Positions 32,046 through 41,438 of a DNA stretch of 64,000 bases are shown here, piece by piece. The notes beneath the pieces are model-generated. The model made no database searches. It had not been told where the DNA came from and was given only the letters and a program-made list of their open reading frames with translations. The stretch is from an uncultured Spirochaetota bacterium (GTDB lineage Bacteria > Spirochaetota > Spirochaetia > SZUA-6 > Fen-1364). The position numbers and the translations under genes are program-made. How positions within the stretch are numbered: position 1 is the first letter of the stretch; each line of letters begins with the position of its first letter. The stretch covers positions 800,001 to 864,000 of the forward strand of contig CAWAHW010000002.1 of assembly GCA_963781885.1 (NCBI GenBank), read 5' to 3'.

Positions 32046-33113
32046 CTACGGCTTCGGGTAGCTCTTCGGATCGACGGAGATCGTACCGGCGATGATGGCT
32101 GCCTTGATCGTCTCGATGTCGGCCTTCAGCTTTGCCGGGATCTTGCTGTCGTAGTCGTGGTACGGAGCAATGGCCACGCCCTTGTTGGCGAGCGTCCCGA
32201 CGTAGTTGCCGCCCTTGAACGTGCCGTTCAGGGCTTCCGTGGCCGCTTCCTTCACCGAGGCATCGATGCCCTTCATGACGCTGGTGAGGAGCAGGCTTCC
32301 GTACTGGGGCGCGGACACGTAGCCGTCCGTATCGACCCAGATCAGGTACACGGGCTTGCTCGGGCTGGCCTGATTGTGCTGCTGCACCGCCGCGGCCGCG
32401 CCCAGGCCGACTGACCCTGCCACGGGCAGGATCACGTCTGCGCCCTGGTTCATGAGAGCGGACGTCACCGTCTTGCCCTTTTCCTGGTTGGTGAAGTCGT
32501 TGGTGAAGGTCCCCGAGGCGGCGTTGGAATCCCATCCCAGCACCTGCACCTTGGCCTTGTTCTTCTGGTCGTAGTAGCGCACGCCCGCGTCAAAACCGTT
32601 CATGAAGATGGTGACCGTCGGGATGTTCATTCCGCCGAAGGATCCCACCTTGCCGGTCTTCGACATGCCTGCGGCCAGATAGCCTGCCAGGAACGCGGCC
32701 TGGTCGGTCTGGTAGGTGAGGGCAAGGACGTTCGGCAGCGCCGGGTCGTAGGCATAGTCGACGATGGCGAACTTCTGATTCGGGTTGGCCTTCGCGGCCG
32801 CCGCGGTATCATCGCCCATCAGGAAGCCGACGGTGACGATGATATCGGCCTGCTTCGTCACGAACTGCTGGATGTTCGGGGCATAGTCGCTCTGGTTGGT
32901 GGACCCGAGGTACTGGATCTGGATGCCCAGGTCCGTCTGCGCCTGCTGCAGCCCGCGCCACGCCGACGCGTTGAATGAGCGGTCATCGATGCCGCCGGTA
33001 TCGGTCACCTCACCCGCGACAAAGCTCGCCGCTGCTTTGGTCGACGCGGCGCCGAGTGCGAGGAACACGCAGACGACGATTGCCGCGAGTGAAAGGATTG
33101 AAACCTTTCTCAT
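32046..33113 (-). CDS. BMP-family ABC substrate-binding protein (probably nucleoside)
   Basis: VTDTGGIDDRSFNASAWRG, AAFLAGYLAA, IWVDTD and LLTSVMK; signal peptide. Confidence 0.88.
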   Translation of the reverse strand: MRKVSILSLAAIVVCVFLALGAASTKAAASFVAGEVTDTGGIDDRSFNASAWRGLQQAQTDLGIQIQYLGSTNQSDYAPNIQQFVTKQADIIVTVGFLMGDDTAAAAKANPNQKFAIVDYAYDPALPNVLALTYQTDQAAFLAGYLAAGMSKTGKVGSFGGMNIPTVTIFMNGFDAGVRYYDQKNKAKVQVLGWDSNAASGTFTNDFTNQEKGKTVTSALMNQGADVILPVAGSVGLGAAAAVQQHNQASPSKPVYLIWVDTDGYVSAPQYGSLLLTSVMKGIDASVKEAATEALNGTFKGGNYVGTLANKGVAIAPYHDYDSKIPAKLKADIETIKAAIIAGTISVDPKSYPKP

Positions 33114-33281
33114 GGGAACCTCCTTGATCGTTTCAGGAATAGGGGAGCAACCAGAACCGCACCCGACCGCCCCGGCGACGCCGCATCGGTCAAGGGCGAC
33201 CCGCATCTTGTCCTTCTGCCCCCTTTTCCGCCGTGCATTGTAGGGTGGGCATCTGCGCCTGTCAATGCGCCAAGGGGCTAT

Positions 33282-35324
33282 TCAGCCGAGCAGGGAAAGA
33301 AACTCTGCCTCGCTCACGACCCGCACGCCGAGGCTGCGCGCCTTTTCCAGCTTGCTGCCGGCACCCGCGCCGGCGAGCAGGTGCGTGGTCTTTGCGCTCA
33401 CGGAAGAGGTCACCTTGCCGCCCCGGCGCGCCACCTCCTCCATGGCTTTTTCGCGCGGGGAGAATCCCTCGAAGCTTCCCGTGATGCACCACGTTTGACC
33501 GGAAAAGATCTGGGCAGGGCCGTCGGCCGTGCGGCGCCCCGATTCCTTCATCTGTATGCCGGCCTCCCGGAGGCGTTGAATGCGCGTCCGCACCCCGGGG
33601 CGCCGCAGCTCTTCGATGAGCGTCGCTGCGGTCCGCTCTCCCACGCCGCGGATGGCGAGCAGGGGGGCAGGGTCGCCCGCGTCGGACACGGCGAGCAGGG
33701 AGTCGATGTCGGAAAAGCCCGCCTCGATGAGGATCTCAGCCGCCTTCTGACCGATCTCCGGTATTCCGAGGGCCGGAAGCACGACGTGGAATGGCTTTTC
33801 CCTGCTCTTCTGCAGGCCTTCCTCGATCTGGGCCACCTTCTTGTCGCCGAAGCCGGGCAGCTCCCGCAGCTTCTCCGGATCGAAGGAATAGAGATCTTCC
33901 ACGTTGTGGACCAGCCCGTTCTGGATCAGCGCCTCGATGGTCTCCGGCCCGATGCCTTCGATGTCCATCTGGCCCCTGCCGACGAAGAACACGAGCCTTC
34001 CCTTGACCTGATCGGGGCAATCCGCGTTCGGGCAGAAGTGATGCGCACCCTGGCGTACGAGGCCGGTCGCGCAGGTCGGACACGCAGGCGGCAGCTTCCA
34101 GGTCGTCTCCCCCGTCTCGTTTTTTTCCAGCACCCTCTCCACCGCGGGGATGACATCGCCGCGGCGGGAAACGGCAACGCGGTCGCCAACGGCGAGCTCC
34201 AGCAGGTCGATGTATTCCTGGTTGTGCAGCGTGACGTTGGAGATGGTGGCTCCCGAGATCTTCACCGGCTCCACCCGCGCGACCGGTGTGACGCGACCGG
34301 TGCGGCCTACCTGGACCTCGATTGCCTTCACTGTCGTCACTCCCTCAGGGGACTCGAACTTGTAGGCGATGGCCCATCGCGGGTGATGACCCGTGTAGCC
34401 GAGGCTTTCTCGGACGGCGATCTCATCGACCTTCACCACGATGCCGTCGATCTCGTAGTCCAGGCCCTTCCTCTCGTCACGCTCCGCCTCGAGGAAGGTG
34501 CCGATCTCTCCGAGCGCGCCCGTCTTCCAGGCCGGGTGCCGTCGGGCGACCTCCGCGCGGATCGCATCGTCGGCGAAATATGCCGTCCGCGGGTTGAGCG
34601 GGAGCCCCAGGTCTTTCAGCTCCTCCAGGATTTCAGTATGCGTCGCCCTCTTGTCGGCAAAAAAACCCTCGTAGACAAAGATGCTGAGGGGTATGCCGGC
34701 TGCCTCGCTGCTTTTCACCCTGCGCAGCGTGCCGGAAGCGAGATTGCGCGGGTTTGCGTAGGGGTCCTCCAACGTGGCGTTGATCGTGGAAAAGAGACTG
34801 CGGGCGAGAAACACCTCGCCGCGGACTGCCACCGTCACCGGCCGCGTGAGCCGGAGAGGCACGGTGCCGATTGTCCGGACATTGCCGGTCACGTCGTTTC
34901 CGACGATGCCGTTTCCACGGGTCACCGCTCTCAACAACAGGCCTTTTTCGTAATAGAGCACCATGGAGGCGCCATCGATCTTTTCCTCACAGACGAATGA
35001 AAGCGGGCGGCCGGCATTCCGCTCCGTTTTCGCCATCCAGGCCGTGAGATCCTCCGTCGTGTACGACTTGTCGAGGCTGAGGACGGGAATCGTATGCGCC
35101 ACCTCGGGAAGCTCCTGCGTGATGTCGGAGCCGACGCGCCGGGTCGGCGAATCGGGCAGGGCGAGGTCGGGGTAATCGCGCTCGATCGCGGAGAGCTCGT
35201 CGAAAAGCCCGTCGTATTCCGCATCGGATACCAGCGGCTTGCTTTCCACGAAATAGGCGTGCTGATAGCGCTCGAGGAGGCGTGAGAGCTCTCTGACGCG
35301 CGCGTCCGCTTCCCGGTGGGTCAT
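33282..35324 (-). CDS. ligA: NAD-dependent DNA ligase
   Basis: KIDG adenylation motif, TRGNG, NPRNLASG, zinc finger CPTC...CPNADC and BRCT domain. Confidence 0.96.
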   Translation of the reverse strand: MTHREADARVRELSRLLERYQHAYFVESKPLVSDAEYDGLFDELSAIERDYPDLALPDSPTRRVGSDITQELPEVAHTIPVLSLDKSYTTEDLTAWMAKTERNAGRPLSFVCEEKIDGASMVLYYEKGLLLRAVTRGNGIVGNDVTGNVRTIGTVPLRLTRPVTVAVRGEVFLARSLFSTINATLEDPYANPRNLASGTLRRVKSSEAAGIPLSIFVYEGFFADKRATHTEILEELKDLGLPLNPRTAYFADDAIRAEVARRHPAWKTGALGEIGTFLEAERDERKGLDYEIDGIVVKVDEIAVRESLGYTGHHPRWAIAYKFESPEGVTTVKAIEVQVGRTGRVTPVARVEPVKISGATISNVTLHNQEYIDLLELAVGDRVAVSRRGDVIPAVERVLEKNETGETTWKLPPACPTCATGLVRQGAHHFCPNADCPDQVKGRLVFFVGRGQMDIEGIGPETIEALIQNGLVHNVEDLYSFDPEKLRELPGFGDKKVAQIEEGLQKSREKPFHVVLPALGIPEIGQKAAEILIEAGFSDIDSLLAVSDAGDPAPLLAIRGVGERTAATLIEELRRPGVRTRIQRLREAGIQMKESGRRTADGPAQIFSGQTWCITGSFEGFSPREKAMEEVARRGGKVTSSVSAKTTHLLAGAGAGSKLEKARSLGVRVVSEAEFLSLLG

Positions 35325-35345
35325 CTCCGCCGCGGCCGGGTTCCG

Positions 35346-37370
35346 CTACTCCTGCTGGAGGAATGCGTCAGGGAAGCCGCGGTAGCGGAACCAGGTGAGC
35401 AGCGTCCCGCTTTCGGCCCTGTTGAGCGGACCGATGACGACCCTGAATATCGGCGTGCCGGAGCCCGCAGGACCCTGGACGAGGGCAGGGTAGGTGGCGG
35501 CCAGCTTTGCCGCCAGGTCGCGAGCCATCTTCTCCGCGGCGTATGCCCCGAGCTGCAGGAAATACGTATCGGCCTTGCCGCTGCGCGGGAGGGATGCGAC
35601 CACCGTGACGGGAGGCGCCGCCGGTGTTGCCGTGCCGGCGGAAGAAGCCGCCGCCGCTGCAACGGTCGTTGCCGCCGCGGGGGTCTTTGTGGCGGTTGTG
35701 GACGCTGTCGTTGCCACGGGGCTCGTAACGGCGGCCGTCGCGGGCACCTGTATCGGCGGCGGCTCGGGAGCCGCCATTGCGAGCCTCGGCGCCGGGGACG
35801 ACGGCGGGAGCACGCCGGGATCTGTCACGTCCGTCTGGACCGGTTCGGGCACGACCGGCGCCTGCTGCTCGGGAGCCGGTTCGGGCGCCGCAAGGGCGAT
35901 GGCGGCCGGCTGCTGCGCCGCGGGCGGGTTTGCCTCCGTGCCCACGATCTCCGTGGCCATGGACTCTTCCGGGGCTGCCGGCTCGGCGAGCGCAACCGCG
36001 GGGCTCTGCGTACCGGCGCCGGCGGCCGCCGTGGTATCCGTGCCGACGATCTCAAGCGGCTGCGATTCGTCGGGCGCAATCGCGTCGGTCATCGCCACGG
36101 CAGAGGGAGCCGCGGCAGGCGGCGCCGCCGGCTGGTCGCTCACGTCGGTCTGGACGGGTTCCGTGACGGCAGGCGCCTGAGTCTCCGGCAGCGGCTCGGG
36201 TGCGGCAAGCGCAACCTCGGCGGAGGGCTGTGCGGCGGGTGCGGAGGTCGGATTGGTGCCGACGATCTCCAGCGGCTGCGAGTCCTCGGGCGCCAATGCA
36301 TCGGGCAGGGCAATTGTCGGCTCTGCGGCGACCGGTGCAGGGGCGGGCTTTTCGTCGACGGAGGTGATCTGGGGAGGCGCGGGCTGCGCGGGCGTCGCCA
36401 CGGGGGTCTGCGTATTTTGCGGTGCAGCGGTTGCGACTGCCGTCTGGGTGGTCTCCGCGGGCTTCTTATAGGCGAATTTCTGGTCCTCACGGGGCGGCTG
36501 GAATACCTGCTTCTGGGGGAGCCGCGCGGCGGCCGCGGCAACAATCGCCGCATTCTGGGCATCTGCGGCAGCGGCTTGCTGTCGCGCCGCTTCGGCCTGC
36601 GCGGCAGCCTGGGCTGCAGATTGCGCCGCCGCCTGTATCGCGGCCGTGTCAACGGGGGTCTGCACCGGGGTCGCGGGGGGCGCTGCCTGCTGCGGCGCCG
36701 GCGCAGGCTCGACGGGCGCGCTCAACTGCGGTTGCGGAGCGGCAGGAGTTGCAGGTGCCGTGGGGCCGGGCAGGCTGGCATCGACCGGTTGGGGCGTCTG
36801 TGCCGCGGCCTGATCGGGCTGTTTGGTCGCATCAGGAGGCAAGGGGCTCGTCGGAGCCGGGGTTTCCGGGGCGGCTTGGCTGGCTGCTGCGGTTGCCGGG
36901 GCCTGGCTGCTTGCCGCCTGGGTCGACTGCGCCGCGCCGCTCGCCGTGCTTGAGGCGGCCTGGGTGACGTTGCCATACACGGCCCCGGGATTGAGGTCGG
37001 GGTCCATGCTGATCGTCTGCTCGCCGGTGCCGGCGGCTGACGCGGCCGGGGCGCGCGCGGCAATCGTGACACGGACACGGGCGAGCGTTCCCTGGCTGAT
37101 CCCCAAAGCCGCGGCGGTCATGGGGGAGAGGAGGACGAGGATGTCCGGCTGGCCGTCGATCTGTTTGGTAATCGTGGCAGTCGTCGATTTGCCGGAATCG
37201 AGATTCTCGATGGCGATCTGGGTGTCTTGCGGAAAGGAGTTCGAAGCGGCATACATGCCGCCCTCGAAGGTGGCATCGCCCCTCTGAAGCGCCGCGTTCC
37301 CGTCCCAGAAGCTCGCCGCGGACGCAAGGACAGGGACGAGGAGCAGGCAGAGGCTGATCCATCTCTTCAT
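35346..37370 (-). CDS. Exported SPOR-domain protein with an RlpA-like N-terminus and a long Pro/Ala/Gln-rich repeat linker
   Basis: Signal peptide; WDGNA...YAASNSFP N-domain; C-terminal YFLQLGAY...FRVVIGPL...GFPDAFL SPOR motif. Confidence 0.75.
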   Translation of the reverse strand: MKRWISLCLLLVPVLASAASFWDGNAALQRGDATFEGGMYAASNSFPQDTQIAIENLDSGKSTTATITKQIDGQPDILVLLSPMTAAALGISQGTLARVRVTIAARAPAASAAGTGEQTISMDPDLNPGAVYGNVTQAASSTASGAAQSTQAASSQAPATAAASQAAPETPAPTSPLPPDATKQPDQAAAQTPQPVDASLPGPTAPATPAAPQPQLSAPVEPAPAPQQAAPPATPVQTPVDTAAIQAAAQSAAQAAAQAEAARQQAAAADAQNAAIVAAAAARLPQKQVFQPPREDQKFAYKKPAETTQTAVATAAPQNTQTPVATPAQPAPPQITSVDEKPAPAPVAAEPTIALPDALAPEDSQPLEIVGTNPTSAPAAQPSAEVALAAPEPLPETQAPAVTEPVQTDVSDQPAAPPAAAPSAVAMTDAIAPDESQPLEIVGTDTTAAAGAGTQSPAVALAEPAAPEESMATEIVGTEANPPAAQQPAAIALAAPEPAPEQQAPVVPEPVQTDVTDPGVLPPSSPAPRLAMAAPEPPPIQVPATAAVTSPVATTASTTATKTPAAATTVAAAAASSAGTATPAAPPVTVVASLPRSGKADTYFLQLGAYAAEKMARDLAAKLAATYPALVQGPAGSGTPIFRVVIGPLNRAESGTLLTWFRYRGFPDAFLQQE

Positions 37371-37500
37371 ACGATAGTTCTCCTCCCTTTATGATCGGAC
37401 AAAAAGGGAAGGGTCTGACCATATTTTTCCCCGCGCATGGTCACCACTCTTCTATGATAGCAAAGTTTCGGGCCGCAAGCGAGAGCGATCTTTTCGCCCG

Positions 37501-38007
37501 TCATGGGGACGGAACCCGGGCCGCAAGGGCATTGCTGACCTCTTCGGCAATGGGAGCGGCGATCGCCGCTCCCAGCGCCGCCCTGTCCATGTCACGCTCG
37601 TGACCGTTGTTTGACCCGTCGCGCGACCCGGAAACGATCACCGCTCCGGTGCCCGTCGCGACGAGGCTCCAGGTGACATGCACCGCGATCCCGGTGGTCC
37701 CGCCGGCCGGCGTGTCCGTGTAGTCGGCCTGCGCCGTGAGAATCAGGTCCGCGCCGGCGCTCTGTGCCAGTCGGGACAGCTCTGGCCCGCTCGCGGCCGG
37801 AGTGACCCCCGGAAGGTCGAATACAATGACGCCGGCATCGAAGAGGCGCGCGGCAAGGCCTTCGCCCAGGGGCAGGGGAGCGCTGAGGGGGTGCCCGCCG
37901 ACGGTCTCCTGAATTGCAAGCAGTATCGTCTGCGCCGTGGCGGGAACCGCTGCGCCCCAGGATGCGGCGAAGATCGCGGCAAAGAGAAAAATGCGCACTC
38001 CCTTCAT
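37501..38007 (-). CDS. Hypothetical exported protein
   Basis: ORF with a signal peptide (MKGVRIFLFAAIFAASWGAAVPATA) filling the gap upstream of the SPOR gene. Confidence 0.6.
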   Translation of the reverse strand: MKGVRIFLFAAIFAASWGAAVPATAQTILLAIQETVGGHPLSAPLPLGEGLAARLFDAGVIVFDLPGVTPAASGPELSRLAQSAGADLILTAQADYTDTPAGGTTGIAVHVTWSLVATGTGAVIVSGSRDGSNNGHERDMDRAALGAAIAAPIAEEVSNALAARVPSP

Positions 38008-38087
38008 GCATACCATTGTCGGCATCGCCACCCATACGCCGTGGGCTTGATGAAGCACCCCCACGATGATACGTTTCTGGTATACTT

Positions 38088-39368
38088 ATGAATGATATGA
38101 ACAACAACGACCGCGCCGGCCCCGAGCGCCCGGATGACACCATCTCGTTGCTCGATCTCATCGCGGTCGTCGTCAGACGGCGTTGGATGATCATCATCAT
38201 CACGGCGATTGTTGCGCTGGTGACACTAGGCGTGCTGGTTGCGTCAATTGTCCTGCCCCCCACGTCGAGATGGAACTATTTTCCTACCAAGTTCAAGCCT
38301 ACGGTGAAAGTCCTCGTCCAGGACTCTTCCGCATCCAGCAGCCTCGCATCGGCGCTGAACCAGTCGGGGCTGAGCGCGCTTTCCGGGCTGCTCGGATCGA
38401 GCGGTCTCGCGACGCACGGCACAAGCGCGGATCTTGCCCAGGCATTGCTGAAGAGCAAGATCGTCGAGGATGGCGTCGCGGAGAAGTTCGACTTCGCCAA
38501 CCGCTACAAGATCAAGATGAATCCGAAGACGTCGGCGCGGAAGATTTTCGAGAGCTCTCTGAAGGTGAAATACGATGACAAGAGCGGCATCCTCGAGATC
38601 GGCTATGAGGACATCGACCGGGTATTCGCGACGGGCGTCATCAACGACGTCGCCGATCGGCTGCAGGACGAGTTCCGCCGGCTGACCCTTGAGAAGGTGA
38701 TCACGAAGAGGGATTACCTTGAAAACGCCGTCGCGGAGACGGAAAAGGAAGCGGCCGCCACGTCCGCCCAGCTCGTTGCATTCCAGAACAAATACCAGAT
38801 CTACGATCTGACCGCGCAGGCACAGTCGAATATCGCGGCGTATGCCAACGTGCAGGCCGAGCTTGTGCAAAGGCAGATGGACCTGGACCTGCAGCGCAAG
38901 TATCTCCCCGAGACGGATACGCACATCGTCCTTCTCAAGGACCAGATCGCGCAGCTCCAGAAGCAGCTGGAGCAGATGAAGGGCGTTGCGGGGGATTCCT
39001 CCGCCGGCGGCGCCGTCACCTTGTCGCGTCTTCCCCAGTTGTCCGTACAGTACCTCAACCTCCAGCGCGACGTGCAAGGTGAACAGGCGATCCTGACGGT
39101 GCTGAAGCAGCAATACGAGACGGCAAAGCTGGAGGAGATGGATACCTCGCAGACATTCCAGGTGGTGGAAAAGGCCGAGGTGCCGGAAGTGCGCTCGGCG
39201 CCGAGTCGGTCGAAGACCGAGATCATCGCGACCCTCATCGGATTTTTCATCGCCGTGCTCGCGGCTTTTGTCGCGGAGTACTTCGAGCGCGCACGGCGCG
39301 ACCCCGTGGAAGCGGAAAAGCTCGCCGCGATCCGCGCGTCGTTCCGGGGCGAAGGCAGGCGTCGCTAG
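38088..39368 (+). CDS. Wzz/GumC-type polysaccharide co-polymerase (chain-length determinant)
   Basis: DDTISLLDLIAVV N-terminus, two transmembrane helices flanking a coiled coil, and QVVEKAEVPEVRSAPSR. Confidence 0.85.
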   Translation: MNDMNNNDRAGPERPDDTISLLDLIAVVVRRRWMIIIITAIVALVTLGVLVASIVLPPTSRWNYFPTKFKPTVKVLVQDSSASSSLASALNQSGLSALSGLLGSSGLATHGTSADLAQALLKSKIVEDGVAEKFDFANRYKIKMNPKTSARKIFESSLKVKYDDKSGILEIGYEDIDRVFATGVINDVADRLQDEFRRLTLEKVITKRDYLENAVAETEKEAAATSAQLVAFQNKYQIYDLTAQAQSNIAAYANVQAELVQRQMDLDLQRKYLPETDTHIVLLKDQIAQLQKQLEQMKGVAGDSSAGGAVTLSRLPQLSVQYLNLQRDVQGEQAILTVLKQQYETAKLEEMDTSQTFQVVEKAEVPEVRSAPSRSKTEIIATLIGFFIAVLAAFVAEYFERARRDPVEAEKLAAIRASFRGEGRRR

Positions 39369-39392
39369 GACGCGCCCGCCGACAGGACCCAG

Positions 39393-39929
39393 ATGGCCTT
39401 CTACGCGCTGCAGGTCTGGACGGGGAATGAGGATCGGTTCCGCGCTTTTGCGGAGAGATGGCTGTCCGGCCACGAGGCGGAGGTGTTCTGGCCGCGCAGG
39501 AGCCTGCGTATCCGCAAGGCGGGGACGTGGCGCGACACGGTTGCCGCGATATTTCCCGGTTACCTTTTCCTGCAGACCCAGGAGGTCACCCCTTCCCTCT
39601 ATGCCGATGTGAAGAGGACCCCCGGCTTTGTCCGTTTCCTTCCCTCCAATGACGCGGTTGCCCCGATGGATCGCGCGGACCAGGACCTCCTGGGACATTT
39701 CCTCAGCTTCGGGGAGATCGTGAAGAAATCGACCGCCTTCTTCGACGAAAACCACCGCATCCGCATCGTGGCCGGTCCGCTGAAGAATCTCGAGGGAAGG
39801 ATCGTCCGCGTGGACCGGCGCAAGGGAAGGGCCCGCGTGCGCCTGGAGCTGTACGAGGACTCCTTCGAGGTGGACTTCGGTTTCGAGGCCCTCGACGCGG
39901 CCCCCCGCCCCCCGTCGTCCGTGTCATGA
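39393..39929 (+). CDS. loaP: NusG paralog, LoaP-type antiterminator
   Basis: NGN domain (YALQVWTGNE, WPRRSL, IFPGYLFL) and KOW domain preceded by KSTAFFDENHRIRIVAGPLKNLEG.IVRVDRRKGRARV. Confidence 0.78.
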   Translation: MAFYALQVWTGNEDRFRAFAERWLSGHEAEVFWPRRSLRIRKAGTWRDTVAAIFPGYLFLQTQEVTPSLYADVKRTPGFVRFLPSNDAVAPMDRADQDLLGHFLSFGEIVKKSTAFFDENHRIRIVAGPLKNLEGRIVRVDRRKGRARVRLELYEDSFEVDFGFEALDAAPRPPSSVS

Positions 39930-39959
39930 AGCGCGCGAATCGATCCGACATTCATTGTA

Positions 39960-41438
39960 GTGGCGGACGAATCGCGAACGAAAATCTACATCATCGGCGC
40001 CGGCTTCACGGGAACCACGATCGCCGCGGAGATACGCGCGAAGCGGGTCTTCGGTCACGTCGTCGCTTTTCTCGATGACGACCCGGCCAAGGTCGGCTCG
40101 GAGATCGACGGCATCCCGGTGCTCGGGCCGATCGAGGCCGTTGCCCGCATCCTGACGACAACCCCGGCCGACGAGGCGATCATCGCCATTCCCGGGGCGA
40201 CCCGCGAGCAGCTCGCGCGCATCTACGCCACCCTCCGCCGGGCGCGCTTCGCGCGCATCCGCATCGTGCCGCAGGTTTCACAGGTCCTCGACGGCGAGGC
40301 GCACCTCATCCAGGCGCGCGAGATCGATCCCGAGGACTTCCTCGCGCGCAGCCCCGTGCGGGTGAACCTGAAAAAGAGCCTCGCGTACCTGCGCGGCAAG
40401 CGCGTGCTCGTGTCGGGCGCGGGGGGGAGCATCGGGTCGGAGCTGTGCCGGCAGCTCCTCGAAGGGGGCGCCGAACGGCTCTACCTTTTCGGTCACGGCG
40501 AGAACAGCATCTACGAGATCGAGCGCGAGCTGCGCCTCCTCCAGGGGGCAGGGGTGGGGGAGAAGGCGACGATCGTCCCCATCATCGGGGAGCTGCAGGA
40601 CCGGGACTACCTCCAGTTCATCCTGTCGCGCACGCGGGCGAATGTCGTCTTCCACGCCGCCGCCCACAAGCACGTGCCTCTCATGGAGTCCAATCCCGTG
40701 GAGGCCGTGAAGAACAACGTGTTCGGCACGAAGAATATCGTGGAGGCGGCGAAGAAGGGCGGCGCGGAGCGCTTCGTGCTCATCTCCACGGACAAGGCCG
40801 TCGACCCGCGCAGCGTGTACGGCGCCTCCAAGCTGCTGGCAGAAGAGATCGTGCTGCGCGAAGGAAAGGGCGGGCACCACTACCTTGTCGTGCGCTTCGG
40901 AAATGTGCTGGGCTCGCGCGGAAGCATCCTTCCCCTGTTCAGACGCCAGATCCTCACCGGTGGGCCCGTCACCGTCACGCATCCCGAGACGCGGCGCTAT
41001 TTCATGACGATACCCGAGGCGTCCTCTCTCGTGCTGAAGGCGGGGGGCGTGGGCGCCGGCGGCGAGGTCTATCTCCTGGACATGGGGGAGAGCGTTTCCA
41101 TCAAGGAGCTCGCCGAGCAGATGATACGCTTCTACGGTTTTGAGCCTGGTGTGGACATCCCCATTGCCTATACGGGTCTTCGCAAGGGGGAAAAGCTCCT
41201 GGAGAACCTGCACGCGGAGTCGGAGACGCCTGAGCCCACGGAGCACCCGAAGATCCTCAAGCTGCGCCGAAAGACCCTCATCAACGGCAGGATCGTCTCC
41301 GTGCTGGAAAGGCTGCGTCCCATCTGCTACCGCGACCCGGAATGCCCGGCCGTGTTCCGCAACCGCAGGGCGCTGCGCTCGATACTCGAAGAGGTCATCC
41401 CCGGCATAGGACCCACTCATGAAGAACCAGAGTTCTAG
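39960..41438 (+). CDS. Nucleotide-sugar 4,6-dehydratase (CapD/PglF-like) lacking the N-terminal membrane domain
   Basis: GAGGSIGSELCRQ, FHAAAHKHVP, ISTDKAV, YGASK and VRFGNVLGSRGS. Confidence 0.88.
   Translation: MADESRTKIYIIGAGFTGTTIAAEIRAKRVFGHVVAFLDDDPAKVGSEIDGIPVLGPIEAVARILTTTPADEAIIAIPGATREQLARIYATLRRARFARIRIVPQVSQVLDGEAHLIQAREIDPEDFLARSPVRVNLKKSLAYLRGKRVLVSGAGGSIGSELCRQLLEGGAERLYLFGHGENSIYEIERELRLLQGAGVGEKATIVPIIGELQDRDYLQFILSRTRANVVFHAAAHKHVPLMESNPVEAVKNNVFGTKNIVEAAKKGGAERFVLISTDKAVDPRSVYGASKLLAEEIVLREGKGGHHYLVVRFGNVLGSRGSILPLFRRQILTGGPVTVTHPETRRYFMTIPEASSLVLKAGGVGAGGEVYLLDMGESVSIKELAEQMIRFYGFEPGVDIPIAYTGLRKGEKLLENLHAESETPEPTEHPKILKLRRKTLINGRIVSVLERLRPICYRDPECPAVFRNRRALRSILEEVIPGIGPTHEEPEF

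Noticed and set aside
27945-33113. BMP ABC operon as the riboflavin transporter RfuABCD
   Set aside because: No FMN riboswitch upstream; the riboswitch in this window controls a different transporter, and the motifs fit nucleoside importers.
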